Shown: in pieces, positions 1 through 12,705 of the stretch | Numbering within the stretch: the stretch's first letter is position 1 | How the letters are laid out: the number at the start of each line of letters is the position of its first letter | From: an uncultured Thermoproteaceae archaeon | GTDB taxonomy: Archaea; Thermoproteota; Thermoprotei; Thermoproteales; Thermocladiaceae | Length of the DNA: 64,000 nucleotides | NCBI GenBank assembly: GCA_964575955.1 | Contig: CAZNTG010000006.1 | Coordinates: 480,001 to 544,000, forward strand | Direction: 5' to 3' | Position numbers and translations under genes: made by a program | Notes under the pieces: model-generated | What the model was told of the DNA's origin: nothing | The model's database searches: none | The model's input: only the letters and a program-made list of their open reading frames with translations

Positions 1-918
1 GTTCTAGACTGCCCACTAGAGATTGAAAAGCCTGAGTGGAGTACTAAGATCACAGTATCATCACCAGACCAGATAAAGGCTTTCCTAGATGAAGAGGCAA
101 AGATATTGAAGAGCTATGTTGACAAATTGAGAGAGCTTGGTGTAAATGTTGTAATATGTCAGAAAGGTATTGATGAGATTGCACAGCACTTCCTAGCTAA
201 GGCTGGCATTCTAGCTGTTAGAAGAGTAAAGAGAAGTGATATTGAGAAAGTATCAAGAGCAACAGGTGCTAAGATAATTACAAGTCTAAGAGACATCAGA
301 CCAGAAGATCTAGGTACAGCAAAACTTGTAGAAGAGAGAAAGGTTGGTGAAGAGAAGATGCTATTTATTGAAGGATGTCCAAATCCAAGAGCAGTAACAA
401 TACTCATAAGAGGTGCTGCAGATAGAATACTTGACGAAGCTGAGAGAAGTGTACAAGATGCACTACACGTAGTACGTGACATATATAGAGAACCAAAGAT
501 AGTACCTGGAGGTGGAGCATTTGAGATAGAAATTGCTAGAAGATTAAGAGAGTGGGGTAGAAAGTTGCCAGGTAAGGAGCAGCTTGCAGTACTCAGATTC
601 GCAGATGCTCTAGAACATGTACCAACAATACTAGCAATGACAGCTGGTCTAGATCCAGTAGATGCAATTGCAGAATTAAGAAAGAGACATGAAGCAGGTG
701 AGGTTGATGCAGGTGTTGATGTACTTGGATGTAAGATTGATAATATGTATAAGCTAAATGTTGTAGATCCACTACTAGTTAAGAAGAATGTTATCAAGGC
801 TGCAACAGAAGCAGCAATAATGATATTGAGAATAGATGATATAATTGCAGCAGCACCATCAAAAGGTGAAGGAAAGACTAGAAAGACAGGTGCTCCAGAA
901 GAGGAGGAGAGTAAGTAA
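1..918 (+). CDS. ths: Thermosome (group II chaperonin) subunit, 5'-truncated by the window edge
   Basis: Frame is open from base 1 ([13 protein letters not shown]...). Motifs CQKGID, RRVKRSD, PGGGAFE and [10 protein letters not shown]. Confidence 0.97.
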   Translation, partial: VLDCPLEIEKPEWSTKITVSSPDQIKAFLDEEAKILKSYVDKLRELGVNVVICQKGIDEIAQHFLAKAGILAVRRVKRSDIEKVSRATGAKIITSLRDIRPEDLGTAKLVEERKVGEEKMLFIEGCPNPRAVTILIRGAADRILDEAERSVQDALHVVRDIYREPKIVPGGGAFEIEIARRLREWGRKLPGKEQLAVLRFADALEHVPTILAMTAGLDPVDAIAELRKRHEAGEVDAGVDVLGCKIDNMYKLNVVDPLLVKKNVIKAATEAAIMILRIDDIIAAAPSKGEGKTRKTGAPEEEESK

Positions 919-991
919 TTTTCAACATTCTAAAAGTCGTAAATTTTGAGAGAGTAAGTTTTCTAAAACCCTCAATAAATCTACCTATACT

Positions 992-1369
992 ATGTCTTCA
1001 TCTTCAACTACTACAAAATCTAGTAAAGTTCGAGTTTTTAATCTTGAAGAAAACTTTCCAAAAACTATAGAGGAATTGATATCTGCTCTAGAGAAGAGAT
1101 CTTTACCATTTCCACCAAGATTAACTAAGTATGAGATTGCTAGAATTGTTGCCGCTAGAGCTAAACAACTAGCTATGGGTGCTAAACCTATGATAGATAT
1201 CTCAAACTTGGGAACTTATGATCCAGTAATTATTGCTCTAGAAGAACTTAAGCAAGGTAAACTACCTCTAATAATAAGTAGGAGATTACCAACAGGTCGT
1301 AGAATTGAAATTAAGGTTCAAGATCTACAAAAGTTAGAGAGAGAATATGATTTCGGCATACCATACTGA
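992..1369 (+). CDS. rpoK: RNA polymerase subunit K (Rpo6)
   Basis: LTKYEIARIVAARAKQLAMGA and LEELKQGKLPLIISRRLP. Confidence 0.95.
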   Translation: MSSSSTTTKSSKVRVFNLEENFPKTIEELISALEKRSLPFPPRLTKYEIARIVAARAKQLAMGAKPMIDISNLGTYDPVIIALEELKQGKLPLIISRRLPTGRRIEIKVQDLQKLEREYDFGIPY

Positions 1370-1371
1370 GA

Positions 1372-1758
1372 TTATATAGATGAAGACTCTACCTCTCTCT
1401 CAGTTGGTTCACTTCTCTTAATCTCAATCTTACCATCCTGTATAGATACTTCGACATAATCACCAACATCAAGCTTACCTAAAATCTCTACCTCATCCTC
1501 AGTTAGCCAAATTGTCAATCTTGGTATTGGTATCTTACCACTAGTAGCTCCAAGACCTGGAAGTGGCATAGATTTTAATAGTTGTTGAACAAGTGGCATT
1601 ACCTCTCTAGCAAGTCTAGCAATTTCATCACTACCAGCAATCACTGGTCCTGGTATTTCTCTTTCTTCAACAATGTCTATCTTTATCATTCTACTTCCAG
1701 AAAAATCGTAGACTATAGACTTACTCAATATGTATCCTCTAAATGATACTTTTGTCAT
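1372..1758 (-). CDS. Arcadin-1
   Basis: KIDIVEERE..., EVMPLVQQLLKSMP and IPRLTIWLTEDE resemble arcadin-1. Lies about 850 bp from crenactin. Confidence 0.8.
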   Translation of the reverse strand: MTKVSFRGYILSKSIVYDFSGSRMIKIDIVEEREIPGPVIAGSDEIARLAREVMPLVQQLLKSMPLPGLGATSGKIPIPRLTIWLTEDEVEILGKLDVGDYVEVSIQDGKIEIKRSEPTEREVESSSI

Positions 1759-1907
1759 ATATTATATCCACGTGTAGTTTCATTTAACTTATTTAAAAAC
1801 TTGATGTAGTATGTAGATATTTTTGGTAGATTATTAGTGAAGATTTAGAAAAGGCATTGGAAAAATTCGTCTTCTTATACAACCTTTTAACAATTTTTAG
1901 TTTTTAC

Positions 1908-2192
1908 TTATGACTTCTTTTCAAGTACTATCTCGATAGCTGCTACGTATCTCTCCTTACCTCCCTGTCCAGCTATTCTATCACTCATTAACTTCACTTC
2001 CTTTATCTCTACTAGTCCTGGCATGAATCTGTCTCTAACCATTACTGCAGTTGCTACTGCTCTTGCAACAGCTGTTCCTCTTGCCTTTAGTATTACTCTC
2101 TTACTACCAGCATTGAACTGCATTACTGTTGCTATAACGTAGTTTGTTGTTGGCTTACGACCTACTAGTATTACTGCTTCTGGTGCTGACAT
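1908..2192 (-). CDS. albA: Alba DNA/RNA-binding protein
   Basis: VGRKPTTNYV, LKARG and AIEIVLEK. The ATG at 2192 is preferred because of the TATA-like TTTAAAAA about 30 nt upstream. Confidence 0.93.
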   Translation of the reverse strand: MSAPEAVILVGRKPTTNYVIATVMQFNAGSKRVILKARGTAVARAVATAVMVRDRFMPGLVEIKEVKLMSDRIAGQGGKERYVAAIEIVLEKKS

Positions 2193-2253
2193 GTATGATC
2201 CGAGCACGTTATGCACAGTGTATTTTTAAAGTATTACCGTTTAGTTCTACTAG

Positions 2254-3920
<1,667 letters not shown>

Positions 3921-3956
3921 AAACATATATCAACAACCTAGTAGAAGATAATCACG

Positions 3957-4685
3957 ATGTCATCATTACTAATTTTAGATAAGGTAAGAACATTATTGAA
4001 AAGATGGGCAAAAGAAAATAACTTAATACTGGAAGAGCTAGGTGATAGTTCAGCAATACTTAGAGAAGGTGATAATACAATATTTATAAAATTTCTAATA
4101 TATGAAGATATACCTGACATAGATGATTTAAATAGACAAATAACATTATTAGCATCAAAAAGATCAGAATACAATAAGATGTATATATTGACAGGTAGAG
4201 ATACTGTAAGTATACTAGATGGAAAACTGTTGAAGAAGGTTGGAATTGGTGTATTAGTTGTAGACTTCGATAATGAGGAGATTAGAGAAGTCTTACAGAG
4301 TCCAGCAGTTAGTGTGAAGAAGACATATGATATAGATATATCAAAAATCGAGAATTATATAAAGAATATAGTTGAAAAATATGTTAAGAATGAAATTGAG
4401 AAAGTGTATGATCTTGTGAGAAGTATTGAAGAGAGAGTTCTAAATATAGAGAAGATGTTGAGTAATATGAAATCTTATAAACAAGATATTGAAGATATAT
4501 GGAATGTTATAGATAGACTGAAGTTAGAGATTGAAAGATTGAAAAATATGTGTACCGATACCAGTGCTAGACCTGTTAAAGAGGAAGCTGTTGAAGTATC
4601 TAGAAGAGAAGAGAAGATTGAAATGCCTGAATATCTTAAAGATAATCCATGGATTCAAATAATAGCAAACAAATCTGTAAGATAG
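3957..4685 (+). CDS. Arcadin-2 (crenactin-binding protein)
   Basis: Directly downstream of crenactin. Central coiled coil and C-terminal PEYLKDNPWIQII helix typical of arcadin-2. Confidence 0.82.
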   Translation: MSSLLILDKVRTLLKRWAKENNLILEELGDSSAILREGDNTIFIKFLIYEDIPDIDDLNRQITLLASKRSEYNKMYILTGRDTVSILDGKLLKKVGIGVLVVDFDNEEIREVLQSPAVSVKKTYDIDISKIENYIKNIVEKYVKNEIEKVYDLVRSIEERVLNIEKMLSNMKSYKQDIEDIWNVIDRLKLEIERLKNMCTDTSARPVKEEAVEVSRREEKIEMPEYLKDNPWIQIIANKSVR

Positions 4686-4686
4686 T

Positions 4687-4869
4687 ATGAGTACAGAGAT
4701 TGATAGGATAATTATAGAACTCTTAAAAAGTGAGATTTCAGATGAAGAAACATATAGATTAGCTGAAGAACTATATAGAGCATATAAGGAGGGTGGTCAG
4801 AGAAAGGTTAGAGAATACATACTTAAGTTATTAAGAGATCTCGGTATTGAAGATATAGAAAATGAGTAA
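4687..4869 (+). CDS. Arcadin-3 (small helical protein)
   Basis: 60 aa, between arcadin-2 and the SMC-like gene, containing LYRAYKEGG. Confidence 0.72.
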   Translation: MSTEIDRIIIELLKSEISDEETYRLAEELYRAYKEGGQRKVREYILKLLRDLGIEDIENE

Positions 4870-7345
4870 GTTTAGAATTAAGGAATTAGTAATTGAAAAT
4901 TTTAAAGGATATAAAGGTAGACATGTAGTACAGTTTAATCCAGGAATCATAGCAATTTACGGTCCTGTTGGTTCAGGTAAGTCAAGTATTGCACAAGCAA
5001 TAGAATATGCACTATATGGTCAACAACTTGAAATTAAAGAGAGGATAGCAAAACTTGTAGATTTAATAAATGAGGAGGCTAGTGAAGCTAGAGTTCAATT
5101 AACTTTAGAAGATTATGAAGGTAATGTAGTGAAGATAATTAGACATTTAAGAAGATATGGAGATTCTGCTAGAGAAACACTTGCAGAATTGTGGTTTAAT
5201 AATAAGAAGATAGCTTCAACAGCTAGAGAAGTTAATGAGAAGATTATAGAGATATTAAAATTAGATGAAGATGACTTCTCAAGATTTGTATTAGTTACTC
5301 ATAGAGTTTTAGAAGGACTCGTATATGGAACTCCTGCAAAGAGAAGCTTAGTAATAGATAGATTATTCGGAATTGAAATGCTTGAACAGATATACAAAGC
5401 TATACCAATAAGAAAGATTGAAGAAATCTTAGAAAGAGAGAAACAGAAATTATCATCATATAAAGAGCTACCTGAAATATTATCGAAATATGGTTCAATA
5501 CAAAATGCAAGAGAGATATTAGAAAAGATGAAGAAAGAAATTGAGGAATATAGAGAAGTTGAATCTGAGCTTCAAAGAAGACTTGAAAAATTAATTGAAC
5601 AGAGAAAACAAATTTTAGAGAAATTCTCAACAGTAGAGTCAGACTACGTTAAGTATCTTAAAATTAAAGCCGAGAGAGAAATGCTTGAAGAAGAATTAAA
5701 AAATTATCAGGAAGTATCTGAAAAAACTATTAGAGTTGAACTTGATTTAATAAAATCATTCTTAATATCTAAACTCGAAGAGTTACTATTAAGTAGAGAA
5801 GTTGAAGAACTTTCACAAATCGATACTACATCACAAAATTTAGAGGATGTTAGTATGAAAATATTTAATATTGTTAGAAGATTAGAAGATTATTTAACGA
5901 AGATTAATGAAGAAATTGAAAATTTGACAAATCTATGTGAAGAACTTAGAGCTGACTCTGAAAGACTTAGTAATGAAATTAGAATTTTAGAGAGAAGAAT
6001 TAGAGAGATAGAAGATCAGTATAGAGAGTATAAGTCTCTAATATCGAAATATGGAACTCCTGAACATATTAAACAAGAGTTAGATAGATTGAGAGAGAAG
6101 ATACAGTCTATAGAAGAGTTTGATAGACATGTTGAAGCTATAATTAGTGAAATTGTTAGAAAAGGATTGAAAAATTGTCCTATATGTGGTAGAGAGATTG
6201 ATGATAATGTACTTGAGAATATCAAATCTAGACTTGAAGAACTTAGAAAGAGGAGTAGAGTTGAAGAGTTAGAGTCTCTTCAGAAGAAGGTTGAAGAATT
6301 AGAACATGCATTATCTAAGATTAAATCATTAAAATCTATTGTTGAAGAATATGAAGAACTGTATAGTAAAGTTAAGACTTTGAGAGAGATGTATAGTAAT
6401 GTTATAGCTAAATTAGAGAATGCTGAAAAGAATAGGAGAATTCTTGAGAGACGTAGTCAGGTAATTAAAGCATTGATTGATGAGATTAGAGAGAGAATAG
6501 ACAAGGTTGATAAAAATATTGCACTACTTAGGAAGTTTAAGAAATTGAAGAGTTTGATTAGAGAGGAGAGAGAACTTGAAGAGAAGTTGAAAAGTTCAGG
6601 ACTTGATTTAAAACAGTTAACATCTCTAGAGTTAGAAATTCAAGATATTAGTAAGAGACTTGATGAAGTTAGAAATAGGTTAAATAGTTTGAGTATTGAA
6701 GTTTCTAGATTAGAGAGAATACTATCTTCAATTCCTGTTGAATCTATCGAAAAACTTCGTGATAGAGTGTATAGTCTAGAGAAGTTGTATAATCAGTTAA
6801 CTAATGTCAGATCTGCAATTAGGAAAGTACAATCTAGATTAAGAGAGAAGATGGTTGAGAAAGTTAGAGATTTAGTAGATAACTATTTCAAGCTCATGTA
6901 CCCATACTCAGACATGTCTGGTGCTGGAATTGAGTTGAGTATTAAGGAGAGACTTGGCACTCTAGTTAGTGAATATACTCTATACGGTTTGAGAGGTGGT
7001 AGACGTGTTCCAATATCTAGAATGAGTGATGGACAGAGACTTACTCTCTCACTATCATTTATGCTTTCTGTATATGTTGTTGCTAATCATAATGTAGATT
7101 TCATGATTATGGATGAACCAATGCCATATGTTGATGTTGCTATAAGATCATCATTTTCAACATTAATATCAAAGTTAGTTAAAGAGTGTCTCGTTAATCA
7201 ATTAATAATAACTTCTCAAAGTAGAGAGTTTATAGATCAAATTATTAGAGAAGCTTTGAAGAATAATATCAATACTACACTTCTAAGTATTGAGAGAGAA
7301 GACTCTCAGAGAAGGATTAAAGTTGAGAAGATTGAACATAGCTAA
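4862..7345 (+). CDS. Arcadin-4, SMC/Rad50-like coiled-coil ATPase
   Basis: Walker A GPVGSGKS, central CPICG zinc hook, signature MSDGQR and Walker B IMDEP. Confidence 0.88.
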   Translation: MSKFRIKELVIENFKGYKGRHVVQFNPGIIAIYGPVGSGKSSIAQAIEYALYGQQLEIKERIAKLVDLINEEASEARVQLTLEDYEGNVVKIIRHLRRYGDSARETLAELWFNNKKIASTAREVNEKIIEILKLDEDDFSRFVLVTHRVLEGLVYGTPAKRSLVIDRLFGIEMLEQIYKAIPIRKIEEILEREKQKLSSYKELPEILSKYGSIQNAREILEKMKKEIEEYREVESELQRRLEKLIEQRKQILEKFSTVESDYVKYLKIKAEREMLEEELKNYQEVSEKTIRVELDLIKSFLISKLEELLLSREVEELSQIDTTSQNLEDVSMKIFNIVRRLEDYLTKINEEIENLTNLCEELRADSERLSNEIRILERRIREIEDQYREYKSLISKYGTPEHIKQELDRLREKIQSIEEFDRHVEAIISEIVRKGLKNCPICGREIDDNVLENIKSRLEELRKRSRVEELESLQKKVEELEHALSKIKSLKSIVEEYEELYSKVKTLREMYSNVIAKLENAEKNRRILERRSQVIKALIDEIRERIDKVDKNIALLRKFKKLKSLIREERELEEKLKSSGLDLKQLTSLELEIQDISKRLDEVRNRLNSLSIEVSRLERILSSIPVESIEKLRDRVYSLEKLYNQLTNVRSAIRKVQSRLREKMVEKVRDLVDNYFKLMYPYSDMSGAGIELSIKERLGTLVSEYTLYGLRGGRRVPISRMSDGQRLTLSLSFMLSVYVVANHNVDFMIMDEPMPYVDVAIRSSFSTLISKLVKECLVNQLIITSQSREFIDQIIREALKNNINTTLLSIEREDSQRRIKVEKIEHS

Positions 7346-7392
7346 TCTTGTAAGTTTCCCGAACCCTTATTAACTCTCTAATATTTAGCTTC

Positions 7393-8625
7393 ATGTATAT
7401 GGGCAATTTCATATATCCAGACACCATACTGACAACGTTAGGACATGTTGATCATGGTAAAACAACTCTAGTACAGGCTTTAAGTGGTGTTTGGGTTGCT
7501 AGACATAGTGAAGAGATTAAGAGAGCTATGACTATAAAGTTGGGATATATAACAATTGGAATTTACGAATGTCAAGATGGTGAGTATAGGTATGTAAGTG
7601 ATGGACTTTTAGAAAATGGTAAATGTCCTGATGGTTCAGAACCTAGACTTGTTAGAAGAATATCTATTCTAGATGTTCCAGGACATGAAGTACTACTATC
7701 AACAATGATTGCCGGTATTGGATTTGTAGATGGTGCATTAATGATTATTGATGCATCAATGCCATGTCCACAACCACAAACTGAAGAACATTTCCTAGCT
7801 GCAACAATAATGGGTCTTAGAAGGATGATAGTTATTCAAAATAAGATTGACCTAGTACCGAAAGAGAAAGCTATTGAAAATTATCAACAAATTAAGAAAT
7901 TTCTATCAGGTACTTGGGCTGAAAATTCTCCAATAATACCAGCATCAGCATTACATAAAGTGAATATTGATGCAATAGCAACATTAATACATGAATATTT
8001 TCCAAAACATGAAGAACAGAGTTCAGGACCACCAATGATGCACGTCTTAAGAAGTTTCAATGTCAACAAACCTGGTACACCACCAGAAAAGTTGGTAGGT
8101 GGTGTTCTTGGTGGTGTTGTTGTTAGAGGACAATTGAAGGTTAATGATGAGATTTAGATAAGACCAGGACTTAAACTTGGTGCTAAACATGTACCATTAA
8201 GAACATGGATAACATCAATATCCATAGGTACAGAATTTGTAGAATATGCAAAACCTGGAGCACTCGTTGGAATAGGTACAAAACTAGACCCAGCATTAAC
8301 GAAGGCAGACTCACTTGTAGGTAGTGTTGTAGGATTACCAAATCAGTTACCACCAGTCTGGTCTGAAGTTGAGCTTGAGTATGAGTTAATCAGGAAGGAG
8401 AAGCAGTACCAGATCAGGAAAGGTGATGTATTGATGATTAATGCAGGTGCTGCAACAGTACTTGGAATGGTTAAAGATGTGAAGAAGGAGAGAATTATAA
8501 TAACATTGAGAAAAGCTATATGTGCAGAACAAGGTTCTAAAATGGTAATAACAAAACAGGTTGAGAATAGGTGGAGAATAGTTGGTTATGGAACTATAAG
8601 TGGTGGTCACGTAGTATATGAGTAG
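7393..8625 (+). CDS. eif2g: Translation initiation factor aIF2 gamma subunit, interrupted by an in-frame TAG at 8155-8157
   Basis: GHVDHGKT, DVPGHE and QNKID. The same frame continues after the TAG (IRPG...GIGTKLDPALTKADSLVG...RWRIVGYG) to TAG 8623-8625. Confidence 0.93.
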
Positions 8626-9016
8626 TAGAGTACCAGTAGTATTGTACGATACTAGTATACTAATATTGATGTTTAGAGAAAATGTTAAAGTTTTTCAAAA
8701 TGTTAAAGATATAGTAGGTCTACATATTCCTACAATCACTGAATTAACATTAAAAGAACTTGAAAAGATGTTAAAATTTAGAGAAATAAAAACTAGAAAT
8801 GCTGCAAGATTAGCATTAGAATTTGTAAAGAAGTACATGTCTATATGTAAGTGTAGTAGTGATATATGTGATGATTGTATATTTGAGATGTGTATTGAGA
8901 AGAATGTCGATTATGTAGTTACATGTGATCTAGAACTTAGAAAGAGAATTTTAGAAAATACTTCCTGTAAAGTACTCTACTATTTAGCTAGTAAGAATAG
9001 AATTGTTCTTGATTAA
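8618..9016 (+). CDS. PIN-domain protein (Fcf1/Utp24-like)
   Basis: YDTSIL, ELEK and VVTCDLELRKR. Conserved position between eif2g and rpoE1. Confidence 0.85.
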   Translation: MSSRVPVVLYDTSILILMFRENVKVFQNVKDIVGLHIPTITELTLKELEKMLKFREIKTRNAARLALEFVKKYMSICKCSSDICDDCIFEMCIEKNVDYVVTCDLELRKRILENTSCKVLYYLASKNRIVLD

Positions 9017-9066
9017 AAACGTAAACTTCATAAACACTAGCAATAGTATGCGTATGGAGATTATCC

Positions 9067-9651
9067 TTGTGGAGAGTTGTGACATTGGAAGACTATGTTA
9101 GGATTCCACCATCAAGATTTGGAGAACCACTTGACAAGGTAGCATATGAACAGCTTAGAGATAAGTATGAGGGTAAGGTTGAGCGTGATATTGGAATATT
9201 TGTTAAGATACTATCACTTGAGGTAAGTAAGAAAGGAATAATAACTTTTGGTGATGGTGCAACATATCATAAAGTTAGAGTTAAGATACTAGTATTCTCA
9301 CCACTAAATAATGAGATTGTTGAAGGTGATGTTGTTGAAACTACAGAATATGGAGCATTCATCAGAATAGGACCTGTAAGAGGACTACTACATAAAACAC
9401 AGATGATGAGTGATAACATAATATTCTACGATAAGACAAGTGGAACTTTCATAGGTGAGAAGAGTAAGAGAAGACTTGGTAAAGGTGATGTTGTTAGAGT
9501 AAGAATAGTAAGTGTAAGCTATGTACTAACATCATCAGGACTTGGACTAAGAATAAGCTTAACAGCAAGACAACCTTTCTTAGGTAAGTATGAGTGGATT
9601 GAAGAGGACATACAGGCACTACGTAAAAAGCCTGTAAAGACTGGTAAGTAG
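9067..9651 (+). CDS. rpoE1: RNA polymerase subunit E' (Rpo7)
   Basis: VRIPPSRFG, GDGATYH, S1 domain YGAFIRIGP, and RQPFLGK. Confidence 0.96.
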   Translation: MWRVVTLEDYVRIPPSRFGEPLDKVAYEQLRDKYEGKVERDIGIFVKILSLEVSKKGIITFGDGATYHKVRVKILVFSPLNNEIVEGDVVETTEYGAFIRIGPVRGLLHKTQMMSDNIIFYDKTSGTFIGEKSKRRLGKGDVVRVRIVSVSYVLTSSGLGLRISLTARQPFLGKYEWIEEDIQALRKKPVKTGK

Positions 9652-9658
9652 AGTATAG

Positions 9659-9898
9659 GTGTACAGTATGGCAACACCAAGAAGAAGAGGTAGAAAGAGA
9701 GCATTACCAGGATATAAAGCATGTAGAAACTGCAAAGCTGTAGTTCCTGAAAATGAGCCAAAATGTCCATACTGTGGATCAACAGACTTCTCAGATGAGT
9801 GGTATGGATTAATAATAATTATCGATCCTGAAAAATCAGCATTAGCAAAAGCATTAGGATTATCAAGAAAGGGAATATACGCTATAGATGTTCCGTAA
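9659..9898 (+). CDS. spt4: Transcription elongation factor Spt4 (RpoE'')
   Basis: ACRNC...CPYCGS...FSDEWYGLIIIIDPEKS. Confidence 0.95.
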   Translation: MYSMATPRRRGRKRALPGYKACRNCKAVVPENEPKCPYCGSTDFSDEWYGLIIIIDPEKSALAKALGLSRKGIYAIDVP

Positions 9899-9932
9899 AG
9901 TTTTTTAAAATATTTAAAGATTGACATGATGC

Positions 9933-10337
9933 ATGTCAATACCTGAAAATCTTGTAAAAATACTACCAGAAGGCGTTGAACCTGGAAAAATAGTGTATAA
10001 AATTGTTGAAGATAGAAGAAATCCACTACTCTTCAGAAGAGAATTAATGGTAGAGATATGGCATATAGGTCTACCAACACCAAATAGACTTGAAGTAAGA
10101 CAAAAAATAGCTGAAATGCTTGGAGTTGAGGTAGATAGAGTATTCATCAGACATATATATACAGAATTTGGATGGGGTAAGAGTAAAGTCGAAGTACATG
10201 TATATGACAATGCTGAAATTGGAAAGAAAATAGAACCACTCTACATACAGCTTAGAAATATGCCAAAAGAAGAAGCTGATAAAATTAGAGAAGAAATTAG
10301 ACAGAAGAAAGCTCAAAGAAAGAAGAAAAAGAAGTAG
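9933..10337 (+). CDS. rps24e: 30S ribosomal protein S24e
   Basis: NPLLFRRE, TPNRLEVR and IYTEFGWG. Confidence 0.93.
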   Translation: MSIPENLVKILPEGVEPGKIVYKIVEDRRNPLLFRRELMVEIWHIGLPTPNRLEVRQKIAEMLGVEVDRVFIRHIYTEFGWGKSKVEVHVYDNAEIGKKIEPLYIQLRNMPKEEADKIREEIRQKKAQRKKKKK

Positions 10338-10349
10338 CTAGAGTGAATA

Positions 10350-12647
10350 TCATACATAAGCTTTGGTGCCTACTGGTAGTTCTCTTTCACTAGATTCAGC
10401 ACCTCTTAATATTGCTTCAAAGACTTTAACTGCATTCCTTCTAGATAGATACTTATTATTATTACCACAGTATGGAGAGTATATACATTTTGGACATCCA
10501 TCGAAGCATTTACAATTTTTAACAATTTTATATGCAATCTCTATAGTTTCTCTCAACTTATACATAAGTTGTCTACAAAGTCCTGAACCTCCAAGATAAC
10601 CATCATATATGACTATCTCTCCTGTCGGGTATGATATTCCTCCTAGATCTGTCTGACCTGCACCAATGCTTATTTGAGCTGCTGTTATTAATGCATGTTC
10701 TACAGCATGGTAAGCTTTAGCTCTTTCAAGGTAGTCTAATGGTTCTATTTTTGAAAATGTTATTAGTGGGAAGTATAGTACTAGTCCTTTAGTCTTAAAT
10801 TCATATGATATTTCTTCATCTAGATATTCTTCACTTATTATCCTACTACTATACATATCTTTCAATACATATCCTTCAACTATTTCATTAATTGTAAGTT
10901 CAACATATTGGTAAGGTATTCCTAGAATTTTACCACTTTCAATTACTCTATCTATCCTAGGTATTGATGTGTATAATGGTGACGTTATGTAGTTTGTATC
11001 TTCAGGTAGTCTAACTACATATGCTCTTCTCAAATTTATATCAAGTTTCTCAACCTTGTATATTCTACCTCCATGTAGGTATATAGCGTTTGGAAATAGT
11101 TCTCTAATAGCTATTGGTAACTCTCTCTCACCTATCTTCTTCTCCTTACTACCAATTTTGATAACTATCTCTATTCTATCACCCATACCTCTCAAACTTT
11201 TCAATCTAGACACTACCTTCCTACCTCTATCAGTCAGGTATAGATACTTACCATGAACAATCTTTAGTAATCCTTCATCAACAAGATCCATAGCTACACT
11301 ATACTCAAAATCGTCTAATTCTGACAATTTTATAGGAGCATCTTCACACATTGCTAATATGTGCATTTTCGCTAATTCAACATTTCTAGGATCTATATGA
11401 AGTGGTTCTGGATTTCTATTGAAAAACTCTTCAGGATATGTTTCAAAGTATGAACTTATAGGATCATTACCTAGAATTTGAATTACATAAGATACTTGAC
11501 CTCTTCTACCAACTCTACCACTTCTCTGTAAATATCTTATATAGCTTGGAGGTACTGTAGCCATTATTGCAACATCAACATGACCAATATCAATACCAAT
11601 TTCTAATGTTGGTGTAGCTATTATAAACATTATTTCACCTTTCCTAAACTTATCTTCAATTTCTGCTCTCTCTTCTCTGGTAAGCCCTGCTCTATGTACT
11701 GCAGTCTTTCTATCAAGACCTTCCTTATCTAGATGTTTCTTAATCAATTCTACAAGTCTATGACTATCAGCAAATACTATACCTCTCTTACCAAATTTAC
11801 AAAATATTTTAACAAGCTCTACAACCTCTCTAATTTTAGGTCTTTTAGATTTTATAAGAATATGCTTAACAATTCCTCTTCTACCAACAATACCTTTAAC
11901 AATTTTACAATCTCTACCAAATATCATCTTTGAAAATTCTTCAGGATTACCAATAGTTGCACTTGTAGCTATATATTGAACATCTTTACAAAATCTTGAA
12001 AATCTACGAAGAACATAATGTACATGTGTACCAAACACACCTTCATACATGTGAAAATCATCAAGAACTACAAATTTGACATTTGGTAACATATTTTTAA
12101 ATTTATCAACATACATCAAGGCATAGTGTAACATGTCTGGATTTGTTATTAATATGTTTGGAGGATTTGAATAAATTCTCTTTCTAACATCTTCAGGTGT
12201 ATCTCCATCATAAACTTCAACAGTTAGACCAGCCTTCTCAACATATTGTCTAATTCTAATATATTGATCTCTTGCAAGTGCTTTAGTTGGGTATATTAGT
12301 ACAGCTATACCACCATCTTTCACAATTCTAGATATTATAGGTAGTATGAATGCCTCTGTCTTACCTGTACCTGTACCAGATACTATGACTGTGTCATTTC
12401 CCGATTTTATGAGTTGATAAGCTTCCCATTGATATTTTAGAAACCTTTCTATTCCTCTAGACTTGAGATACTCCTTAACACCATCAGGAATATCTGCACT
12501 ATCTATAGGTGGTCCATATTCAAATTCTACAGGATTCTCAACATGTATATACACTATGCTCCTATAATTATCACTAGCTATAGTTTTCAAAATATCATCT
12601 TTAGAAATTTCTCTAATAATCTTAAGCATCTTATCATTAAGACTCAC
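10350..12647 (-). CDS. Hrq1/SftH-like SF2 helicase with C-terminal zinc-binding DUF1998
   Basis: SGTGTGKT, YPTKALARDQ, DDFH, SATIGNP, QRSGRVGR and C-terminal CKCFDGCPKC. Confidence 0.9.
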   Translation of the reverse strand: MSLNDKMLKIIREISKDDILKTIASDNYRSIVYIHVENPVEFEYGPPIDSADIPDGVKEYLKSRGIERFLKYQWEAYQLIKSGNDTVIVSGTGTGKTEAFILPIISRIVKDGGIAVLIYPTKALARDQYIRIRQYVEKAGLTVEVYDGDTPEDVRKRIYSNPPNILITNPDMLHYALMYVDKFKNMLPNVKFVVLDDFHMYEGVFGTHVHYVLRRFSRFCKDVQYIATSATIGNPEEFSKMIFGRDCKIVKGIVGRRGIVKHILIKSKRPKIREVVELVKIFCKFGKRGIVFADSHRLVELIKKHLDKEGLDRKTAVHRAGLTREERAEIEDKFRKGEIMFIIATPTLEIGIDIGHVDVAIMATVPPSYIRYLQRSGRVGRRGQVSYVIQILGNDPISSYFETYPEEFFNRNPEPLHIDPRNVELAKMHILAMCEDAPIKLSELDDFEYSVAMDLVDEGLLKIVHGKYLYLTDRGRKVVSRLKSLRGMGDRIEIVIKIGSKEKKIGERELPIAIRELFPNAIYLHGGRIYKVEKLDINLRRAYVVRLPEDTNYITSPLYTSIPRIDRVIESGKILGIPYQYVELTINEIVEGYVLKDMYSSRIISEEYLDEEISYEFKTKGLVLYFPLITFSKIEPLDYLERAKAYHAVEHALITAAQISIGAGQTDLGGISYPTGEIVIYDGYLGGSGLCRQLMYKLRETIEIAYKIVKNCKCFDGCPKCIYSPYCGNNNKYLSRRNAVKVFEAILRGAESSERELPVGTKAYV

Positions 12648-12705
12648 AGCTATAGATAGTCTAGTAAGGTTATAATTCTAAGTCTTCCATATAGTATGAA
12701 TCTAC

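Noticed and set aside
4862-7345. Canonical Rad50 of the herA-mre11-rad50-nurA operon
   Set aside because: No mre11, herA or nurA neighbours. The position in the crenactin operon fits arcadin-4.
7393-8625. Genome-wide TAG reassignment (pyrrolysine or Glu)
   Set aside because: Many conserved genes end at TAG at their expected C-termini. Only one internal TAG was found.
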